Assembly (NCBI RefSeq): GCF_009914755.1
Contig: NC_060932.1
Origin: the human T2T-CHM13v2.0 reference genome, Homo sapiens
DNA: 64,000 nucleotides
Strand: one strand, 5' to 3'
The notes beneath the pieces are model-generated. The model saw only the letters and a list, made by a program, of their open reading frames with translations, did no database searches and had not been told where the DNA came from. Positions within the stretch are counted from its first letter, which is position 1; the number at the start of each line of letters is the position of its first letter. This document shows, piece after piece, positions 41,201-55,019 of the stretch. A program made the translations under genes and the position numbers.

Positions 41201-43767
41201 CATTCAAAGAAGAATTGGGACCAATCCTACTGACACTATTCCAAAAGACAGAGAAAGAGGGAATCCTCTCTAAATCATTCTATGAAGCCAGTATCACCCT
41301 AATACCAAAACCAGGGAAGGACATTAGAAAAAAAGAAAACTATAGACCACTATCCTTGATGAACACAGATGCAAAAATCCTCAACGAAATGCTAGCGAAC
41401 TGAATCCAACAGCATATCAAAAAGATAATCCATCATGATCAAGTGGGTTTCATACCAGGGATGCAGGGATGGTTTAGCATATGTAAGTCAATCAATGTGA
41501 TATGCCACATAAACAGAATTAAAAACAAAAATCACATGATCATCTCAATAGATGCAGAAAAAGCATTTGACAAAATCCAGTATCGCTTTGTGATTAAAAC
41601 CCTCAGCAAAATCGGCAGAGAAGGGACATCCTTAAGGTAGTAAAAGCTATCTATGACAAAGCCATGGCCAACATTATACTGAATGGGTAAAAGTTGAAAG
41701 CATTTCCCCTATGAACTAGAACAAGACAAGGATGCCCATTCTTACCACTTCTGTTCAACATAGTACTGGAATTCCTAGCCAGAGCAATCAGACAAGAGAA
41801 AGAAAGAAAGGACATCCAAATCAGTAAAGAGGAAGTCAAACTGTCACTCTTTGTTGATGATATAATTGTATACCTAGAAAACCCTAAAGACTCATCCAAA
41901 AAGCTCCTGGAACTGGTAAATGAATTCAGCAAAGTTTCAGGATACAAAATTAATGTACACAAATCAGTAGCTCTGCTATACACCAACAGTGACCAAGCTG
42001 AGTATCAAATCAAGGACTCAACCCCTTTTACAATAGCTGCAAAAAAAAAAAAAAAAAATACTTAGGAACACACGTAATCAAGGAGGTGAAAGACCTCTAC
42101 AAGTAAAACTACAAAACACTGCTGAAACAAATCAGACAACACCAAAAAATGGAAACACATCCCATGCTCATGGATGGGTAGAATCAATATTGTGAAAATG
42201 ACCATACTGGCAAAAGCAGTCTACAAATTCAATGTAATTCCCATCAAAATACAACCATCATTCTTCACAGAACTAGAAAAAACAGTCTTAAAATTCATAT
42301 GGAACCTAAAAACAGCCCTCATAGCCAAAGCAAGACTAGGCAAAAAGAACAAATATGGAGGCATCACATAATCCAACTTCAAACTATAAGGCTACAGTCA
42401 CCAAAACAGCATGGTACTAGTATAAAAATAGGCACATAGACCAATGGAACAGAATAGAGAACCCAGAAATAAAGCCAAATACTTACAGCCAACTGATCTT
42501 CGACAAAGCAAACAAAAACATAAAGTGGGAAAAGGACACCCTATTCAACAAATGGTGCTGGAAAAATTGGCAAGCCACAGTAGAAGAATGAAACTGGATC
42601 CTCATCTCTCACCTTATACAAAAATCAACTCAAGATGGATCAAGGACTTAAATCTAAGACCTGAAACCATAAATATTCTAGAAGATACATTGGAAAAACC
42701 CTTCTAGACATCGGTTTAGGCAAAGACTTCATGACCAGGAACCCAAAAGCAAAAGCGACAACAAAAAAAGATAAATAGATGAGACTTAATTAAACTAACA
42801 AGCTTCTGCACAGCAAATAATAATAATAATCAGCAGAGTTAACAGACAACCCACAGAGTGGGAGAAAATCTTCACAATCTATACATCCATCAGAGGACTA
42901 ATATCCAGTATCTACGAAGAACTCAAACAAATCAGCAAGAAAAAACAAACAATCTCATCAAAAATTGGGCTAAGGACATGGATTGACAATTCCCAAAGGA
43001 AGATATACAAATGGCCAACAAGCATATGGAAAAATGCTCAACATCACTAATTATCAGGGAAATGCAAATCAAAACCACAGTGTGATGCCACCTTACTCCT
43101 GCAAGAATGGCCATAATCAAAACATAAAAAAAATAGATGTTGGCATAGATGTGGTAAAAAGAGAACACTTTTACACTCTTGGTGGTAATGTAAACTAATA
43201 CAACCACTATGGAAAACAGTGGGGAGATTCCTTAAATAACTAAAAGATCCACAATTTGATCCAGCAGTACCAGTACTAGGTATCTACTCAGAAGAAAATA
43301 AGCATTATAAGAAAAAGATATTTGCTCGTGCATCACATGCATGTTTATAGCGCCAAAATTCGCAATTGCAAAAATATGAAAACAGTCCAAATGCCCATCA
43401 GTCAACTAGTGGATAAAGAAAATGTTATATATATATATACACATACATATATACATATACACCATGGAATACTACTCAGCCATAAAAAGGAATGAAATAA
43501 TGGCATTCGCAACAACCTGGATGGAATTGGAAACTCTTATTCTAAGTGAAGCAACTCAGGAATGGAAAACAAAAATCGTATGTTCTCACTTATAAGTGGG
43601 AACTAAGCTATGAGGACTCAAAGGCACAAGAATGATACATTGGACTTTGAGGACTTCAGGGGAAATGGTGGGAGGGTGGTGAGGGATAAGACTACACATT
43701 GGATACGGTGTACACTGCTTGAGTGATGGGTGTACCAGAATCTCATAAATAAAAAACCTAAAAAAAG
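38219..43767 (+). mobile_element. Near full-length L1PB element with short 5' UTR; ORF1 and ORF2 disrupted
   Basis: 5' UTR start aagatagcagataggaagcaggactaacttg; ORF1 MRRNQKNNSG at 38687; ORF2 from ~39758 ([23 protein letters not shown]); TSD aaaatggtgcagcc / agaacggtgcagcc. Confidence 0.93.
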
Positions 43768-44400
43768 AACGGTGCAGCCCATGTGCAAAACAGTATGACA
43801 GTTCCTCAAAAAAATAAACATATAATTATGATATAATCTAGCAATTCTACTTTGGATGTTTACCCCCAAATAATTGAAAGCAGGGACCTGAACAGATACT
43901 TGTACGCTCATGTTCATAGTAGCCTTATTCACAATAGCCAAAAGATTGAAACTTCCCAAATGTCCATCAACAGATAAATGGCTAAACTAAATTAGAATAT
44001 ACATACAATGATACTATTCAGCTTTAAAAAGAAACAAGGTTCTGATACATGCTACCACATGGATGAACCTTGAAAACATTATACTAAATGAAATAAGCCA
44101 AACACAAAGGAACAAATATTGTTTGATTCCACTTATATGAGGAAACTAGAATAGGCAAATTCACAAATGCAGAAGTAGAATATTGATTAGCAGGGGCTGA
44201 TGGGAACGGGGAATGGGGAGTTAGTGTTTAGTGGGTACAAAGTTTCAGTTTGAGGTAATTAATGAATGTAAGAGTTCTGAAGATGAATTGTGGTCTGGTT
44301 GCACAACAATGTGAATATAATTAATAACACCAAATTGCACACTTAAAATGGTTAACATGATAAACTTTAGGTTATGTATATTTGACCAAAATAAAAAAAG
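43768..44400 (+). mobile_element. Older L1MB 3' end (host of the L1PB; begins at ~38190)
   Basis: gggaatgtaaaatggtgcagcc at 38195 continues at 43768 as ggtgcagccc..aaaacagtatgacagttcctc to the A-tail. Confidence 0.82.
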
Positions 44401-44668
44401 AGAGAGAGGGCATTTTGTCCTCACTGCATTTTGTGCCACTTTTAAAGCAATTTCTTGGCTTCTATAATCACTATTCTAGTTGAAAAGCAAAAGAAACTTT
44501 GTTTTTCCTTGTGATAGGCATGTTTTTGTTCTCATTCATTTTTGTTTTTCTTACCATTCCTGAGAGATCCTTGAATGCGTGATTATCAAAACCTCTACAT
44601 TAAGAATGATCCTTACTAGATTTTTCTGTGGCAGAAATATGCCCCTTATTTTGGGGTCAAGAAATGTA

Positions 44669-44990
<322 letters not shown>

Positions 44991-45104
44991 CTAGACTTTA
45001 CATCTTTCTAGGAAGCATGGAGGTACATCCTAATATTAGCTAACTCTAATTCTGACATGGATAGCAGGTTGACAACATTAATAAACCAGCCAGATCACCT
45101 ATAC

Positions 45105-45610
<506 letters not shown>

Positions 45611-45639
45611 TCCTTATTTTTTTTTTAATTATTTTTACC

Positions 45640-45810
45640 TTTTTTTTTTTTTTTTTTTTTTTTGAGATAGGGTCTCACTCTGTCACCCAGGCTGGAGTTC
45701 AATAGCACCATCATGGCTCACCGCAGCCTCAACCTCCTGGGCTCAAGCCATCCTCCCAGTTTGGCCTCCCAAAGTGCTGGGACTACAGGCATGAGATATC
45801 ATGCCCAGCT
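45640..45810 (-). mobile_element. Alu, internally deleted or monomer-like
   Basis: Right-arm 3' part joined directly to the left-arm 5' part (gggctcaagccatcctcccagtttggcctcccaaagtgctggg). Confidence 0.75.
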
Positions 45811-45879
45811 AGAAGTTTCTTTCTCCTTGAAGAAAGAGTTAAAAGTAGAGAACAAACATTTGCTGAAGATTTGCTGTGC

Positions 45880-46070
45880 AATACATACTGACATATGAAC
45901 CAATGTTATCTCATTTAATTCTTAAAATAACAATAGCGGTATAGATTATTGATTCCTTTTAACAGATGAAGAAACTGAGGCTTAATCATTCCATTGTCAC
46001 CCAGCTAGGAAGTGCCAGGACTGGCATTTGACTCTGGGTGTTTTTAAATCAGAAGTTTTTTTCCATTACA
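45880..46070 (-). mobile_element. MIR fragment
   Basis: tctcatttaattctta...ttttaacagatgaagaaactgaggctta MIR core. Confidence 0.7.
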
Positions 46071-46594
46071 CCAAGATATCTTTTAAGCATATGAAAGAAG
46101 ACATTCTAAAACCGTTTGGAATAAAAAATTACTTAAGAATTTCACTAAGAAAAACATGGTATGACTCAGAACCATAAAGCTATCAACACTGAGCATTTAT
46201 TTTATCTTGCAACCTGCTTTTCTTTATTAATCTTCACAATAACCAGGTGAGGAAAAAGTTATCTTCATTCTGCAAATAAAATACCCTGAAGCTCAGAGTA
46301 GCTAAAGGTTTGCCCACAGTCATAAAGCAGTGAGTCAGAATTTGAATTAAGGTGAAAAGGCTTAACTGTTAACTGCGAATACACGGACAGTCTACTCTCT
46401 GAAGCCATTTAGACACTAAGAAAGCCAAGGTAACTCTTTTGCAGATGTTAGCTGTTGTAGTTTGGAGCCAGCTGGATTAATATTTGGGGCATTCTACTTT
46501 CCTTAATGTGTCTAAATGAAACCATGTGGATCCCACCCATTGTTTTATGTCTGGCTTTGCCTGACATTATTGACCAATACTTATTTTTGTTATT

Positions 46595-46900
46595 ATTATT
46601 TTAGAGACAGTGTTTCACTCTGTTGCCCAGGCTGGTGCAGTGGTGCAAACACAGCTCGCTGTAGCCTTGAACTCCTGGGCTCAAGTGATCCTCCTGCCTT
46701 AGCCTCCCACGTAGCTAGTACTACAGATGGCAGGTAGTACCACCATGCTTGGCTGTTTGTTTGTTTGTTTGTTTGTTTTTTATATAGATAGAGTCTCATG
46801 ATGTTGCTCAGACTGGTCTAAAACCAGTGACCTCAAGCAATCCTCCAGTCTAGGCCTTCCAAAGAGCCGAGATTACAGGTGTGAGCCACTGTGCCTGGCC
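46595..46900 (-). mobile_element. AluJ
   Basis: Diverged reverse dimer with (TTTG)n linker. Confidence 0.88.
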
Positions 46901-47459
46901 CTCCAATGCTTATGAATGTGTGAGGTTCTGTGGTCAAATCCTTAGAAGGTTGTGGTCTGCGAGACTGAACGTGACGTGGCCCTGTGTCTCCTGGCCCATT
47001 CTCCTTTTATGTGACTTGTCTCGTGGCTCTGGATGCTCAGCCATCCTGCCGTGCTGTCATCATTTCCTAGAGTAGGTTGTGCCCCTTCCTCACTCAGCTC
47101 CTTTGCACAGGCTGTTTCCTTGGACTCTAAGGCTCATTCTCCTCTTTGTTGTCTAAAGCTTATTCATTCATTCTTCAGGTCTCAACCTGCATCTCACTTC
47201 CTCAGGGAAGCTTTCCCTAACTCTGTTGTTCAGTTCAAACACCCATTGGCCACTCTCATAATCCCCTGTATTTCTCTATTATGACACCTATCACAAGTGT
47301 AATTTATTAATTATTTCTTTAATAATTTCTTTAAGGTATAGCTTCCCCCACTAAACTGTAAGTTCTAAGAAGGCAAGAACCATATTTTATTTTATGCTAC
47401 TGTCTCCTAGCAAACATATCTAGCATATAATCAATGTCTAATAAATATCTGTTGAATAA

Positions 47460-47749
47460 GGCCAGGTGCAGTGGCTCATGCCTGTAATCCCAACACTTAC
47501 GCGAGACCAAGGCAGGAGGATTGCTTGAGCCCAAGAGTTCCAGACCAGCCTGAGCAACATAGTGAGAACCCTTCTTTACAAAAAAATTAAAAAATTAGCC
47601 AAGTCTGGTGGCACATGCCTGTAGTCCCAGCTACTTGGGAGGCTGAGGTGGAAGAATCATTTGAGCCCAGGTGTTAAAGGTTACAGTTAACTGTGATCGC
47701 ACCATTGCACTCTAGTCTGGGTGACAGAGTGAGGCCCTGTCTCTAAAAA
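47460..47749 (+). mobile_element. AluJ inserted in an L2 3' end
   Basis: Full dimer; TSD tgttgaataa at 47450-47459 and 48113-48122. Confidence 0.88.
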
Positions 47750-48110
47750 TATATGTGTGTATATATATAAATATATGTATATGTGTACATATATGCATAT
47801 AATATATATACATAGATAACATATATACACATATATTACACACATATATACACACATATTATTTATACATATATAATATAAAATATGCATATAATATATA
47901 TTATATACACATATGGTATATATACAATGTATATATGCATGTATATATACAATGTATATATGAATGTATATATACATGTATATATGAATGTATATATACA
48001 TGTATATATGCATGCATATATACATGTATATATGCATGTATATATGCATGTATATATACAATGTATATATGTATGTATATATACAATGTATATACAATTA
48101 TCTATATATA
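47750..48110. repeat. (TA)n/(CATATA)n-type compound microsatellite
   Basis: ~360 bp of tatatacatgtatatatg-type units. Confidence 0.95.
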
Positions 48111-48471
48111 TTTGTTGAATAAACCAATGCATTTAATGTTTATAAAATATTTTTGTGAACTAGAAAGTTTTATACAAATGGTATTACCATTATCATTATT
48201 TGTACTCTGATTACTTGAAGTTTATTTTGTATGTTAATGATGTTGATGATAAATAATGAATTTGTATACGTTAAACGAATTGTAATAACTTTTTATTGTA
48301 ATAGCTGAGCCTAACTTTGTCCTGCGTTGTAGCTTTGTATGACATGTATGGGAAGGGCCTGAGTTAACCAGGCACAGGCAGGACGATTTTCATTTGATCA
48401 ACCGGATCCTGACAGGAATCTGAGCTAGGTGATATGTCTCTGAATTCCTCACCTGACCTTTTTCTCATAAG

Positions 48472-48555
48472 GTGGATGAGTTAATCCTAAGAGATTCACA
48501 ATCAAACCAGAAGAGTTTTGGCAATCTTTCTGGTTCTACTTGTTCCCAGGAGAAA
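48472..48555 (+). pseudogene. Candidate exon 4 of the disabled gene
   Basis: Acceptor ctgacctttttctcataag|, donor |gtatgt; 84 nt; phase-1 frame G*VNPKRFTIKPEEFWQSFWFYLFPGE (phase-0 frame is stop-free: VDELILRDSQSNQK...). Confidence 0.55.
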
Positions 48556-48778
48556 GTATGTGTTTGCAGACAAATGAGTTTGCTTTATTTTTGGTCAGGA
48601 AACAGACCAAGTTACGCAAGGTGCTTCCAATTTCTGCCAGAGTTGCCAAAACATGAAAATAAATTTAGTGCTGAAATTTATAAAATAGTTTTATAAATGC
48701 CTTGAACCCTAGTATCTGCTACTCTTCTGCTTTTTAAGTGATTTATGTTGTTTTTATTCCTAATCTCCTGTTTTACAG

Positions 48779-48931
48779 CATATTCAACAGCCTCTAATCC
48801 TTTTGGGCAGTAGGCATGATTTACATTTTGAAAAAATATTGCATGCCTTTTGCCTGAGCTATCAGCAATTCAAGAAGTAATCACATTGAAAAGGAGGATC
48901 TGGCAAAAACAAAGCTATTATCCTTACTACA
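48779..48931 (+). pseudogene. Candidate exon 5 of the disabled gene
   Basis: Acceptor ttcctaatctcctgttttacag|, donor |gtaatg; 153 nt, phase 1 to 1; YSTASNPFGQ*A*FTF*KNIACLLPELSAIQEVITLKRRIWQKQSYYPYY. Confidence 0.5.
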
Positions 48932-49367
48932 GTAATGGATTTCATACACTATGGCATTTCGTTAGAGAAATGTATTGTGCCTTAAGCTTTCTTTAGTGTT
49001 TCTCAATTAAAATCATATATAACTCACTTTTTGACTAAAAAGAGGCTATCTTAACTACAGAATCTCTAAGGACTAGACACTTTTTTAAAGTTCATGGTAT
49101 ACATTTAATAATGTGTGGGAAAGCACTTGGTAAACATGTTAAGTTACTTAGTAAAGAGTCTAAACAAGAGTAATTACTGTGGTTATAGGCTTTTAAAAAA
49201 AATTGATGCATAATAGATGTACATAGTTTCAAAGGGTCATAAGTTTTCTTACTCTAATTTCATAGAAATAATGTTAGCTATTAAGTGTATTGAATCTTGA
49301 ATCTGGGCATACTGAGTGTCTTAAAAAGGTGTGTATATTCTAAATCTACATTATGAGTTTAGGCAAA

Positions 49368-49398
49368 TAGGGTTAGGATTAGGGTTTGGGTTAGGGTT
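49368..49398 (+). repeat. Short interstitial telomere-like repeat
   Basis: taggg ttagga ttaggg tttggg ttaggg tt. Confidence 0.7.
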
Positions 49399-50673
49399 CA
49401 ACTGCTGAACTGCTATGTTTGTGTTTGATCAACGCTGTAGGGCCGCTGAGTTGCCCAGACAAAGCCAGAGTCTGTCATTAGCTTGGATGGAGACTATGGT
49501 TGTTTGTTCACTTATCCAACTAGTATTCATTGAGCATATACTATGTTCAAGCCACTATCCTAGGCTTTCGGAATGTTTGGTATAGGGATGTACAAAATAG
49601 ACCCTGTCCCTCAGCAATATCTCAAGTAGTTCAGAATTGGGAGAGACCCAAGGTTTAGTTCTGGTTCCTATTTGAGGAGCTTGGTGACCCTTAGAGAGTC
49701 ACTAGCTTCCTGGAGCTTCTTGGGAAACATTAATTTTCTCATCTGTGGAACTCAGGGAGGGAGCAGGGCAATTAATTTTTAAGGGAGGGACCTCAACTCA
49801 TTAGTGACCACTTCTAAAAGATGTGCAACTTCCTTCACATACATGTTGTATTCCATTTAGCTGATACTGTTTTCTTTTTGGTGATGCTGTATTAGTCTGA
49901 AATTTGAAACTCTACAAGGCAGTAAAATTGATTTTAAATGTTAAATAATTTAGTATAAGTAAGCCCTGTACATAAACATGCAATTATGTGAATTGCTGTT
50001 ATTGATGTTGAAATGTAACTGTTTACCCAATGAAGGTTAAAGGTGTTCCCTAGTTAAAGTCTTTTAAATTCATGCTGATATTTGTATAGTTTGAGATGCC
50101 ATAATTATGTTCAAATGAATTATTGGTGCTTCAGGGAACATATGGCTATAGAAAATAATAATGTTGCTATAATTATTTTGTATTTATTTAATGATATGAT
50201 GGTTTATGCAATGTTAATGTTCAGGTATAATGGATTGTTAATGTTGTGAGTGTTTAAAACAGTAAACTGTTGTAAAAATAATCTTCCGTGACCGAGAAAT
50301 TTTATTTTTTGTTGCATTATGCTAAAGCACTATTTTTTCACATGTTGGATGATAAATATCATATATTGCTTTGATACCTGATTCATATGTAAGTCTGCTG
50401 AGATATGACTTTCAAATGTTCATGCTTAGTGGGCACTTAGAATATACACACTCTGGTCTTTATCCATCTTCATAGATAATACATACTTCTGAATATTCTC
50501 AGCAACTAGCACACTGGTAAGTGGAGCAACAGTAAGTACAGAGATGGGTAAACAGAAGGGAAAGACTGACATGAACATCTGATCTTTCACCCAGTTCCTC
50601 AACTACCTGTAGCACTGAGAGAGCATGTAACTCCACACACTTGGATTTGTGTGTGTGTTTTTTTTTCTCTAAG

Positions 50674-50864
50674 GCCTGAGTGAAGTCTATTCAATGAAAC
50701 CTTCCATGAAACAACTATAGCGGCTAAAACTACTGAACAAGACTGCTTTGTCCAAATCACCAAGGCACAGTTCTCTGGGAACTGGGCATTGCATCTTCAG
50801 AATAAAGAGGCCAAAGAAGTCCTCATTTAGTTCTGCATTAATATACTCATGGAAAAGGACATTA
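50674..50864 (+). pseudogene. Candidate exon 6 of the disabled gene (3' boundary uncertain: 50764 or 50864)
   Basis: Acceptor tttttttttctctaag|; phase-1 frame LSEVYSMKPSMKQL*RLKLLNKTALSKSPR... Confidence 0.42.
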
Positions 50865-50996
50865 GGTTTTGCTTGTCATGGGAAAAGCATGCAGTTTGGC
50901 AGAGTTAGAAAGTGTCCAGAATCCAAAGTCAGGTGGACCTGGGTTCAAATCATGGCTCTGATAACTATTAGCTGTGACTGTGGTCAAGATACTTAC

Positions 50997-53556
50997 TGAT
51001 ATTGTTTGGCTCTGTGTCCCCACCCAAATCTCATCTAAAATTGTAATTGCCATAATCTGCAGTGTGAAGAGAGAGACCTGGTGGGAGGTGACTAGATCAT
51101 GGGGACAGCTTCCTCCAGGCTGTTCTCATCAAAGTGAGTGAGTTCTCATGAGATCTGATGGTTTTGTAAGTGTCTGACTGTTCCTCCTTAACACTCGCTC
51201 TCTCTTGCCTGCTGCCATGTGAGATGTGCCTGCTTTCCTTTCATCTTCCACTATGATTGTAAGTTTCCCATGGCTTCCTCAGCCATGCAGAATTGTGAGT
51301 CAATTAAACCTCTTTCCTTTATAAATTACCCAGTCTCAGGGAAGTTCTTTATAGCAGTGTGAAAATGGACTAATACAGGAAATTGGTACCAGGAGTTTGG
51401 GGGCACTGCTATAAAGATACTTGAAAATGTGGACGTGACTTTGAAACTTTGGAAGCAACTTTGGAACTGGGTAATGGGCAGAGGCTGGGACAGTTTGGAG
51501 GGCTCAGAAGAAGACAGGAAGATGTGGGAAAGTTTGGAACTTCCTAGAGACTTGTTGAATGGTTTTGACCAAAATCTTGATAGTGATGTGGAGAATGAAG
51601 TCCAGGCTGAGGTAGTCTCAGATGGAGATGAAGAACTTATTGGCAAATGGGGTAAAGGTCACACTCGCTATGCTTTAGCAGAGAGACTGGTGGCATTTTG
51701 CTCCAGCCCTAGGGATCTTTGGAACTTTGAACTTGAGAGAGATGATTTAGGGTATCTGGTGGAAGAAATTTCTAAGCAGCAAAGCATTCAAGAGGTGACA
51801 GAGCATAAAAGTTTGAAAAACTTGCAGCCTGACCATGTGGTAGAAAAGAAAAACCCATTTTCTGGGGAGAAATTAAAGCCAGCTGCAGAAATTTACATAA
51901 GTAATGAGGAATTGAATGTTAATCTACAAGACAATGGGGAAAATGTCTACAGGGCATCTCAGAGTCCTTCATGGCAGCCTGTCTCATATGGTTTGGCTGT
52001 GTCTCCACCCGAAACCTCATCTCGAATTATAATTCTGCACTTCTCTCTCCTGCCACCATGTGAAGGACATGTTTGCTTCCCCTGCTACCATGATTGCAAG
52101 TTTCCTGAGGCCTCCCCAGCCATCTGGAACTGTGAGTCAATTAAACCTCTTTCCTTTATAAATTACCCAGTCTTGGGCAGTTCTTTACAGCAGCGTAAAA
52201 ATAGACTAATACATCCTCCCATCACAGGCCCAGGGGCCTAAGAGGGAAAAATGATTTCCTGGGCCAGGTCCAGGGCCCCACTGCCTTGCGCAGCCTCAGG
52301 ACATGACCCCCTGCATCCCAGCCACTCTAGCTCCAGCTGTGGCTGAAAGGGGCCAAGGTAGAGCTTGGGCCATTGCTTCAGAGGGTGCAAGCCCCAATTC
52401 TTGGCAGCTTCCACATGGTGTTGGGCCTGTGGGTGCACAAAATTCAAGAGCTGAGCTTTGGCAGCTTCTGCGTAGATTTTAGAGAATGTATGGAAACACC
52501 TGGATGTCCAGAGAGAAGTCTGCTGCAGGGGCAGAGCCCTCATGGAGAATCTCTTCTAGGGCAGTGTGGGAGGAAAATGTGGGGTTGGAGCCCCCACACA
52601 GAGTCTCCACTGGGGCACTGCCTAGTGGAACTGCGAGAAGAGGGCCACCATCCTCCCAACTCCAGAAAGGTAGATCCACCAAGAGCTTGCACTGTGTGCC
52701 TGGAAAAGCCACAGTCACTCAATGTCAGCCCATAAGAGCAGCCATCGGGGCTGAACCCTGCAAAGCCACAGGGATAGAGCTGCCCACGGCTGTGGGAGGC
52801 CACCTCTTGCATCAGCATGCCCTGAATGTGAGACATGGAGTCAGAAGAGATTATTTTGGAGTTTTAAGATTTAATGACTGCTTCACTGGATTTCAGACTG
52901 GCATGGGGCCTGTAGCCCCTTTGTTTTGGCCAATTTCTCCCATTTGGAATGGGAGCATTTATCTAATGCCTGTACCCCATTGTATCTTGGAAGTAACTAA
53001 CTTGTTTTTGATTTTACAGGCTCATAGGCAGAAGGGACTTCCCTTGTCTCAGATGAGACTTTGAACTTGGACTTTTGGGTTAATGCTGGAATTAGTTAAA
53101 ATTTTGGGGGACTGTTGGGAAGGCATGATTGGTTTTGAAATGTAAAAAGGACATGAGATTCAGCAGCGGGCAGGGGCAGAACAATATGTTTTGGCTCTGT
53201 GCCCCCAACCAAGTCTCATCTCAAATTGTAATTGCTATAATTCCCACATGTTAAGGGAGGGACCTGATGGGAAGTTATTGGATCATGGGGGTGGTTTCCC
53301 CCATGATGTTCTTGTGATAGTGAACTCTCACAAGATCTGATGGTTTTATAAGTGTTTGACAGTTCCTCCTTCACACTCGCTCTCTGTCTCCTGCCACCAT
53401 GTAAGACATGCCCACTTCCCCTTCATCTTCCACCATGATTGTAAGTTTCCTGAGGTCCCTGCCATGTGGAACTGTGAATCAATTAAACCTCTTTCCTTTA
53501 CAAATTACCCAGTCTCAGGGAAGTTCTTTATAGCAGTGTGAAAATGGACTAATACA
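50997..53556 (+). mobile_element. Full THE1D-like MaLR element (LTR 50997-51377, internal region, LTR 53182-53556)
   Basis: Two LTRs ending gtgaaaatggactaataca, THE1-int between them, TSD cttac/cttat; inserted in a MIR. Confidence 0.9.
51983..52212 (+). mobile_element. Nested THE1/MST-type solo LTR with internal deletion
   Basis: atatggtttggctgtgtc...gactaataca interrupting THE1-int between ggcagcc and ctcccatcacaggcc. Confidence 0.8.
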
Positions 53557-53590
53557 CTTATCTTCTTCAAGTCCCAGGGTTTTTTTTATA

Positions 53591-53791
53591 GAGGGTTTCT
53601 CAATAGCAGCACTATTGACATTTTAGGCCAGATAATTTTTTGTTGTAGGACGCTGCCTTGTGCATTGTAGGATATTTAGCATCTCTACCCACTAGATACC
53701 AGTAGCACTTTCTCCCAGTCACTAAAAAACAAAAATGTCTCTACCCATTTCACATTGTACTAGGATAAATCACCCCTAGTGAGAACCACTC
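53591..53791. mobile_element. MER20 hAT MITE
   Basis: gtttctcaa..gcagcactattgacatttt.ggccagataatt...gtgagaaccact. Confidence 0.82.
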
Positions 53792-53831
53792 CTTTAGGTG
53801 TCAAACTATGGATAACCAAACCCACTTCACA

Positions 53832-54305
53832 GGTAGTAGGCATAATACTAGCCTCTGAAGATGTTCACATCCTAATCCTTGGGACCTGTGAGTGTGTTAC
53901 CTTACCTGGTAAAGGGAAATTAAGGTTGCATTGGTGACCTTAAATTTGAAGATTATTCTAGATTATTTGGGTAGATCCAATGTAATCACTAGGGTCCTTA
54001 AAAGTGAAAGGGTGAGGCAGAAGAGGTTGGAGTGATGTGATGTGAAAATGACTTGAATTATTTTTTCTGGGTTTAAAGATGGATGAAGTGGTCCATGAGC
54101 CACAGACTGTGGACAACCTCTAGAAGCTGGAAAAGAGAAGGAAATAGATCTTACCAAGGAAAGAACACAGCCTTGTTGACCCCTTGATTTTAACTCTGTG
54201 ATACTCATGTCAAACTTCTGACTTACATAACTGTAAGATAATAAATGTGTTTTAAGCCACCAAGGTTGTGGTAACTTGTTATAGCAGCAGTAGAAAACTA
54301 ATACA
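53832..54305 (+). mobile_element. MLT1D/E-like MaLR solo LTR
   Basis: aagatgttcacatcctaatcc..ggacctgtgagt.tgttacctta...gcagcagtagaaaactaataca. Confidence 0.8.
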
Positions 54306-55019
54306 ATAGGGCTACTGTGAAAATTGTGAGATAACGCACATAATTTATTGTCATCTGGAAATAGTAACTGCTTAATAAATGCTTTTGAAAATTTTCTTAG
54401 CAAAAAGACTGGGTCATAAGGCATTAATCTACAAGTTTTAATGGTGTTCTAAGGCTTTTAAATGGATTCATGGATTTTATGTGATATGCTATCTAGAAAT
54501 GCCACTTGTTCAAGTGTAACAGGAAATCCCTCACTCTACCTTGGCATTCATGCTCCTGCTGGCGTGTTTCGTCTCACAATTCTGTACTCTATGTTCCCAG
54601 CTCTCTGAATCCTTGACTCCATTCTCCTCTTTAGCCTGCCTTCTTGTGGCCGTTGTTCTAGACATGCACATTTGGGTCTGATCCTTGGAGCTCTCTCTTG
54701 AATGTGATTTTTTTTTTTTTTTTTTTTTTTTGGTCTTCTGGCTCCTTGCAAAGCAGCTGTGATAGAGCAGGTAAGTCTTATCATGAGTCCATTGTATCCA
54801 CACAAGTTATTACCAAACCCATTGTATCCACACAAGTTGTTCTACCCACTGATACTGGTAGCACTTTCTCCCAGCCATAAAAAAACAAAAATACCTGTAC
54901 ACCATGCACATTTTGGAGTAAATCACCCCAGCTGAGAACCAGTCCCTACCAGTCAGTCTCATTTCTGGAGTGAAGATAGGACAACTGGGGTAGCTTTGTT
55001 TCAGGTATTTTGATGCTGT

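Noticed and set aside
38687-43620. L1 ORF1/ORF2 as an active retrotransposon
   Set aside because: Many stops and frameshifts; longest fragment 152 aa
47687-48210. Several 60-136 aa ORFs rich in Y, I, H, M and C
   Set aside because: Translations of the (TA)-rich microsatellite
54750-54777. Strong donor CAG|gtaagt after a poly(T) tract
   Set aside because: Only a 14-17 nt micro-exon could be defined, with no supporting frame
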